Origin: an uncultured Gemmatimonadales bacterium
Lineage (GTDB): Bacteria; Gemmatimonadota; Gemmatimonadetes; Longimicrobiales; Gaopeijiaceae
Direction: 5' to 3'
DNA: 64,000 nucleotides
NCBI GenBank assembly: GCA_963823035.1
Contig: CAWGKG010000005.1
Location: 128,001 to 192,000 of the forward strand
In this document: positions 58,583-64,000 of the stretch, piece after piece
Numbering within the stretch: position 1 is the stretch's first letter
Layout: each line of letters starts with the position of its first letter
Program-made: the position numbers and the translations under genes
The notes under the pieces: model-generated
The model's database searches: none
Told to the model about the DNA's origin: nothing
The model's input: the letters and a program-made list of their open reading frames with translations, nothing else

Positions 58583-59401
58583 ATGCGTCGCTGGATGCGG
58601 TTCCTGCGCGGCCTGCTGTCGCGACCGCCACTGGGCGTCTCCGTCCGGCTGCCGACCGAGCCGGTGCCCCCCGGTTGGCCCGGGCTCGTGGCCGATCGGG
58701 TGCCGCTCGCGTCCCGCCTTCCTGCACTCGACCGTGACCGGCTCCACCGGCTGATGCAGCTCTTTCTCCGCGAGGTCCCCATCGAGGGGTGCGCCGGCCT
58801 CGAAGTGACGGAGGAGATCCGGGTGACGATCGCCGCGCAGGCCTGTCTTCTCCTCCTGAAGATGTCCTACCCGCGGTACACCCGCCTTCGCCGGGTTCTG
58901 GTCTACCCGTCCACGTTCCTTCCGAAGACCGTCGGCCTGTTTCCCTCCGGACAGGTGGTTCGCCCCGACGTGCCCCTCCTCGGCCAGGCGTGGCCCTCCG
59001 GCATCGTCGTCCTCGGCTGGGATGCCGTCCGGCGCGGCACGCTCTCGGCGACCGATGGGCACAACGTCGTGCTGCACGAGTTCGCGCACATGCTCGATGC
59101 CGAAGACGGTCTCATGGACGGCGTCCCGGTCCTAGACTCCGGGTCGGCGTACCGCGCTTGGGCCACGATGCTCGCCACCCGGTTCGCCGAGCACGTGGCC
59201 CACGCGGAACGGGACGAGCCCACCACGCTCGATCCCTATGGCGCCCAGAACCGCGCCGAGTTCTTCGCGGTCGCCACCGAGGCCTTCTTCGAGCGGCCCG
59301 TCGCGCTCCGTGAGGAGCAGCCCGAGCTGTACGACCTGTTGGCGGATTTCTACAAGCTCGACCCGACCTCGCTCGCCCCCCCATCTGGACCGCGCGGCTA
59401 G
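58583..59401 (+). CDS. Zinc peptidase, MtfA (M90) family
   Basis: IAAQACL, DGHNVVLHEFAH, DPYGAQNRAEFFAVATEAFFE. Confidence 0.92.
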   Translation: MRRWMRFLRGLLSRPPLGVSVRLPTEPVPPGWPGLVADRVPLASRLPALDRDRLHRLMQLFLREVPIEGCAGLEVTEEIRVTIAAQACLLLLKMSYPRYTRLRRVLVYPSTFLPKTVGLFPSGQVVRPDVPLLGQAWPSGIVVLGWDAVRRGTLSATDGHNVVLHEFAHMLDAEDGLMDGVPVLDSGSAYRAWATMLATRFAEHVAHAERDEPTTLDPYGAQNRAEFFAVATEAFFERPVALREEQPELYDLLADFYKLDPTSLAPPSGPRG

Positions 59402-59989
59402 CGTCGTCCGGGTCGCGCAAGACGTGCGAGGTCGGGGCGAGGTTTGCACCGGAGAGGGCGAGTGCGGCTGAGGCCGCCCGCGGGAAGAGGCTACATCCGG
59501 AAACGGTAGCTCGGCCTCACGAACGGAGCGGCACACCTTGCACCATCCTCCGCCGTGGGCGAGGATGGCCAGGAGAGTAGGTGTGGCAGTCTCTCATCCC
59601 GCTGTGGGACGCCGGCTCATGGGATTCAGCCGGCGGCCCGGGCCAGGGAAGGTCTCGAGGTGGTGTGACGGAGTGGATCGGCGTGTGGGTGGGTGGAGGG
59701 GGCCGGTATTGGGTCCGTTGCAGGCCGCGAGGGTGAGCTCGTTGCCCCTCGCCACGGAGCCAGCCGGGCGGGCGATATCGCCCGTCCGGCATGCCGGTCG
59801 TCGGCGTGGCCTGCCATCCTGCACCCCCACCGTCGCGGCGCGAGGGCACCGATCCGCCCGCGCCTCGAGGTCCGTCCATTCCAACGCGTGGAACTCCCCC
59901 CCTTTCACACGTTTGCCGTTCATAGATGTACGCCGGCGATCGAGGGATCGCGGGCACGCCGTCCGTCCTCATATCGAGGAGGTACATCG

Positions 59990-62900
59990 ATGAAACACCC
60001 TGTTCACAAGCGAGCTCTGCGAATGGGTATGGGTCTTCTCGCGCTCTCGCTGATCGCGCCCGGGGGGGCGCTGGCGCAGGCGCAGGGCCAGGTCACCGGC
60101 CGGGTCGTGGACGCCCAGACGGGCCGACCTCTGTCGGGAGCGCAGATCTTCATCCCCGGTACGCAGCGGGGGGGCTCTCGAACGAGTCCGGTCGGTACCT
60201 GATCCTCCAGGTGCCCGCCGGTGAGTTCGTCGTGCGTGTGCAGATGCTGGGCTACGCGCAGACCGACCAGACGGTCACGCTCCAGGGGGGAGGGTCGGCC
60301 GTCGCGGACTTCAGGCTCCACGAGACCGCCATCAGCCTGGACGAGATCGTGGTGACCGGCGCCGGCGTGCAGACCGAGAAGAGAAAGCTCGGCAACACGA
60401 TCGCCACGGTGAACGCGGGGGGGCTGGAAGCGGCTCCCGTGGCGAACGTCAGCGAGATGCTCCAGGGAAGGGAGCCGGGCGTCGTCGGCCTGCCGGGCGG
60501 CGGGCTGGTGGGACAAGGAACGAGGATCCGTATCCGGGGGTCCGCGAGTCTCGCCCAGAGCAACGAGCCCATCGTGTACGTCGACGGCGTCCGGATGGAC
60601 AACTCGGGAGGCTACCGCGGCTCGCGGCTCAATGACATCAATCCCGAGTCGATCGAGAGGATCGAGATCCTGAAGGGCGCGGCGGCCGCCACCCTGTACG
60701 GCACCGAGGCCTCCAACGGCGTCATCCAGATCTTCACGAAGAAGGGTTCGACGGGCGACCTCCAGTGGTCGATGAAGATGGACCAGTCCTTCTCCAGCTA
60801 CCCCGGCGGTCAGATCAAGCCGAACTCCGGATTCGCTCGAACCCAGGAAGACGCCAGCCGCCTGAGCACCCTCTTCGGGCAGTCCATCCAGCCCTACGTG
60901 CCGTTTTCGGTCCCGATGTACGACCGCGTCTTCGAGACGGGTCACCAGAGCGCGATCTCGGGTTCGGTCACCGGGGGGGCCGAGGGTCTCTCCTACTACA
61001 TCTCCGGGCGTTGGCAGCACCAGGACGGGCCGATGGGAGGCGCGTCCCTGGGGCCGGTACGGGATACCGAGAACCATCGCCAGGTCACCGTCAACCTGAG
61101 CCTGACGCCGACGGAGAAGCTCCAGGTCCAGACCTCCGCGAATTACGTGCACGTCATTACGGAGGGACCGAACGCGGGGAACTCGATCTACTCTCCGTTC
61201 TCGGTCTCCCTCTACAGCAAGCCCGAGAAGGCCGTGTGCTTCAGCGAGATGCTGGGGAACGGCGAGTGCGCCGGCGCCGGAAACCCCACGGGCGCGCCCA
61301 CCTTCGGGACGGTCCGGGAAACCCTCTATCGCCAGTACACGAACGACACCGAACGCTTCACGGGAAGCGTGAAGGGCGGCTATCAGATCCAACAGGATCT
61401 CCGCCTCGAGGCCACGCTGGGCGTCGACTGGGTGGACGAGCGCGACGAAGGGATCACGCCCTACGGGTACAACGTGGACGGGATCAGTACCTCCGACACC
61501 CTGGGGGCCCGCTCGGTGACGGCACGTCGGCACAAAGACATCTCCGTCGACGTGAAGGGAAGCTGGAATCGGGATATCGGGGACGACCTCACGTCGAGCC
61601 TCGTGGTCGGCGGACAGGGCTTCTTCACCACCACCGAGAGTGCCGGGGGGAGCGGCAACATCTTCCCGGGACCTGGGATCAACGTCATCTCCGGAGCCCA
61701 GAACCGGGACGTGAACGAGAACTTCCTCCAGGTGGTGAACGGAGGGGTCTTCGCGCAGGAGCAGCTGGGGTTCCGCGACTACCTGTTCCTGACCGCGGGG
61801 GGCCGCTACGACAAGAACAGCGCGTTCGGGGAGTCCTCCACCGGAGTCTTCTATCCGAAAGTGAGCCTTTCGGTGGTCCCCAGTGACCGGCCGGGTTGGG
61901 ACAGCGAAGTCCTCTCGACCCTTCGCTTCCGGGGCGCCGTCGGTCAGTCGGGACTTCAACCCGGAGCCTTCGACAAGTTCACGACCTTCAACTCGATCGC
62001 CACGGACCTCGGAGCCGGGCTCCTCCCGGACAACCTGGGGAACCCGGACCTGAAGCCGGAAGTGTCCACCGAGTGGGAACTGGGGATCGAGGGCGGCCTC
62101 TTCCAGGATCGGGTCGGCATCAGTGCGACCTACTGGGACCGCCGCGTGAAGGACGCCCTGGTGCCCAGGCAGTTCGCACCGTCCGGTGGGTTCTCCAATG
62201 AGCAGCTCGACAACATCGGGGAGGTCACGGGCCACGGGTTCGAGCTCGGCTTGAACGCCCAGGCCTTCACGAGCGACGACCTGTCGGTGAGCGTCTTCGC
62301 GAACGCCGCCTACATGAAGGAGACGGTGACCGACCTGGGGGGAGCGCCTCCCCTGAAGGCTCAGGGGACGTATCCCCGGGTGAGGAACTTCATCCTCGAG
62401 GGCTACGCACCCGGCGCCATGCTCGGCGCCAAGCTGATCCAACCGTGTTCCCAGCGTCCTTCCGGGTCCACCTACCAGTGTCTGGAGACGGGCCAGCTTC
62501 CGTACGACACCAACCGGGACGGTATTCCGGACTCACAGGCGGACCTGCTCGCCTATCTCGCGAGCCCGCCGTCCAGGTCCTTCGACGACCCGCTGTTGAA
62601 TCCGCTCATCGTGGACGAAGACGGGGACGGGGACTACCTGGACAACTACCTCGGGAAGCCGACTCCGGACTGGCAGGGGTCGTTCGGCGCCGACGTCACC
62701 TTCCTGCAGAACTTCCGGCTGAACATGCTCTTCGAGTATCGGCTGGGGTTCGAGATCACCGACATCACGGACGCGTTCCGGCAGGCGAACTCGGGTATCG
62801 GCCGGAACACGCCTCGATCCGCGTGGGCCGAGGCGTTGCTCATGAACCCGGCCAGCACCCCCGAGGAGCGTCTCGAGGCCGTGAAGGCCTGGGCCTACGA

Positions 62901-63213
62901 GTTGAAGGCGCTGTCGCCCTACTCGGGGCTCAACACGATCAAGCCCGGGGACTTCCTCCGCTGGCGCGAGGTGTCGCTCACGTACGACCTGCCCGCCGAA
63001 CTGTCCGGGCGCATGGGTGCCGAGAGGCTCTCGCTGACGGTGAACGCTCGCAACCTGGCCCTGTGGACGAAGTACGAGGGGAACGACCCGGAGCTTTCCT
63101 ACCTGCCTCGATGCACCGACGCCAGCGTGTCGTGCAACTTCGCGGACGGTGTCGACGCCTACGGATGGCCGATTCCCAAGCAGTTCGGGATCTCGGTCCG
63201 GGCGGTGTTCTGA
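59990..63213 (+). CDS. SusC/RagA TonB-dependent receptor; frameshift in the G run at 60168-60174
   Basis: GGAGG RBS + signal peptide in one frame; LDEIVVTG, IRIRG, IERIEILKGAAAATLYG, NPDLKPE and terminal Phe in another. Confidence 0.93.
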
Positions 63214-63280
63214 CATGTCTACGACACGCATGCACCGAGACCGGGATCTGTCACGAGGTCTGAGAGAGAGGAGAGCGTCG

Positions 63281-64000
63281 ATGTTCGACAAGACGAACCT
63301 GCGCCGGGCCCTCGGTTCCCCCGTGAGGACCTTGAGCCACTGCGCGACGATAGGGATTCTGGCCGGGCTTCTCACCGGCTGTTCCGGCATCTTCGAGGTC
63401 GACAACCCCAACAACATCAAGGGCGAGGACATCGACCTCGTCGAGGCTTCGAATTCGGTGGTGAACGGCGCGTACGGCACCGTGGCCAAGGGCCTCGCCG
63501 CGTCCTTGGGCGTGTATTCGCCCATCACGGACGAGATCACCTACATCGGGTCCCGGGACGCCTGGGGTGACCTGAACACCGGGATCGTTGCCAATCCCCA
63601 GAACGAGTTCCTGAACGTGGCGTTTCCCTACGTCGCCCAGGGCCGCTGGATGGCCGACGAGGCGATCAAGCTCATGGAGCAGCACGACGCCGATGGCGAC
63701 CTCCGGGACCGGGCCCTCCTGGCCCGTGCCTACCTCTACGGAGCTCTGGCGTACATCAGCATCGCCGACACGTGGGACGACTTCGCCCTGTCGGATCGAA
63801 GCGTAGCCGCCGCTCCGGTGGGAGCCGACTCCATGGGCGACCTCTACGACCAGGCCATCGAGTACCTCACCCAGGGGATGAGCGTCGCTCAAGCCCAGGG
63901 GAGGGACGACCTGGTGCTCACCATGACCGCGCTGCGGGCCCGTGCCCACCACGGCCGGGCCGTATGGGACATGCTGAACCCGGCGGGGTCCGTCCCCGCC
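63281..64000 (+). CDS. SusD/RagB-like lipoprotein (3' truncated by window)
   Basis: Lipobox LTGC then FEVDNPNNI; directly follows SusC. Confidence 0.85.
   Translation, partial: MFDKTNLRRALGSPVRTLSHCATIGILAGLLTGCSGIFEVDNPNNIKGEDIDLVEASNSVVNGAYGTVAKGLAASLGVYSPITDEITYIGSRDAWGDLNTGIVANPQNEFLNVAFPYVAQGRWMADEAIKLMEQHDADGDLRDRALLARAYLYGALAYISIADTWDDFALSDRSVAAAPVGADSMGDLYDQAIEYLTQGMSVAQAQGRDDLVLTMTALRARAHHGRAVWDMLNPAGSVPA

Overview
High-GC bacterial window. The gene repertoire (selB, ptsN-like, dusB, FlgD-type CTD, SusC/SusD, TonB N-terminus) suggests Gemmatimonadota; this is an inference. Bases 1-9.3 kb hold housekeeping genes plus an ECF sigma / Ser-Thr kinase-TPR / lipoprotein module. An intact tmRNA gene (9369-9720, tag ANTNMAMAA) is followed by a long mosaic accessory region. 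That region contains ~210-bp repeats built from direct and inverted copies of the tmRNA 3' end, a diverged 171-nt copy of the tmRNA 3' half, and IS91/ISCR-type HUH transposase modules. The upstream end of these modules is fused at the tmRNA T-loop (GGTTCGA), and their oriIS-like end points into the start of cargo genes. I found no tyrosine or serine integrase. Cargo includes a C69 peptidase-BCCT-PLP lyase operon, an SDR/FAD-oxidase fusion with a divergent STAND-LuxR regulator, a nested IS/MITE, a three-gene hypothetical-PLD-helicase (Azaca-like) putative defence system, several enzymes and many gene fragments. The right part has a full chemotaxis cluster with two sigma28-like promoters, an MtfA-like peptidase and a SusC/SusD pair. 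Several isolated frameshifts may be long-read errors. The best candidate for a new system is tmRNA-anchored, rolling-circle-transposase-associated accretion of gene cassettes.
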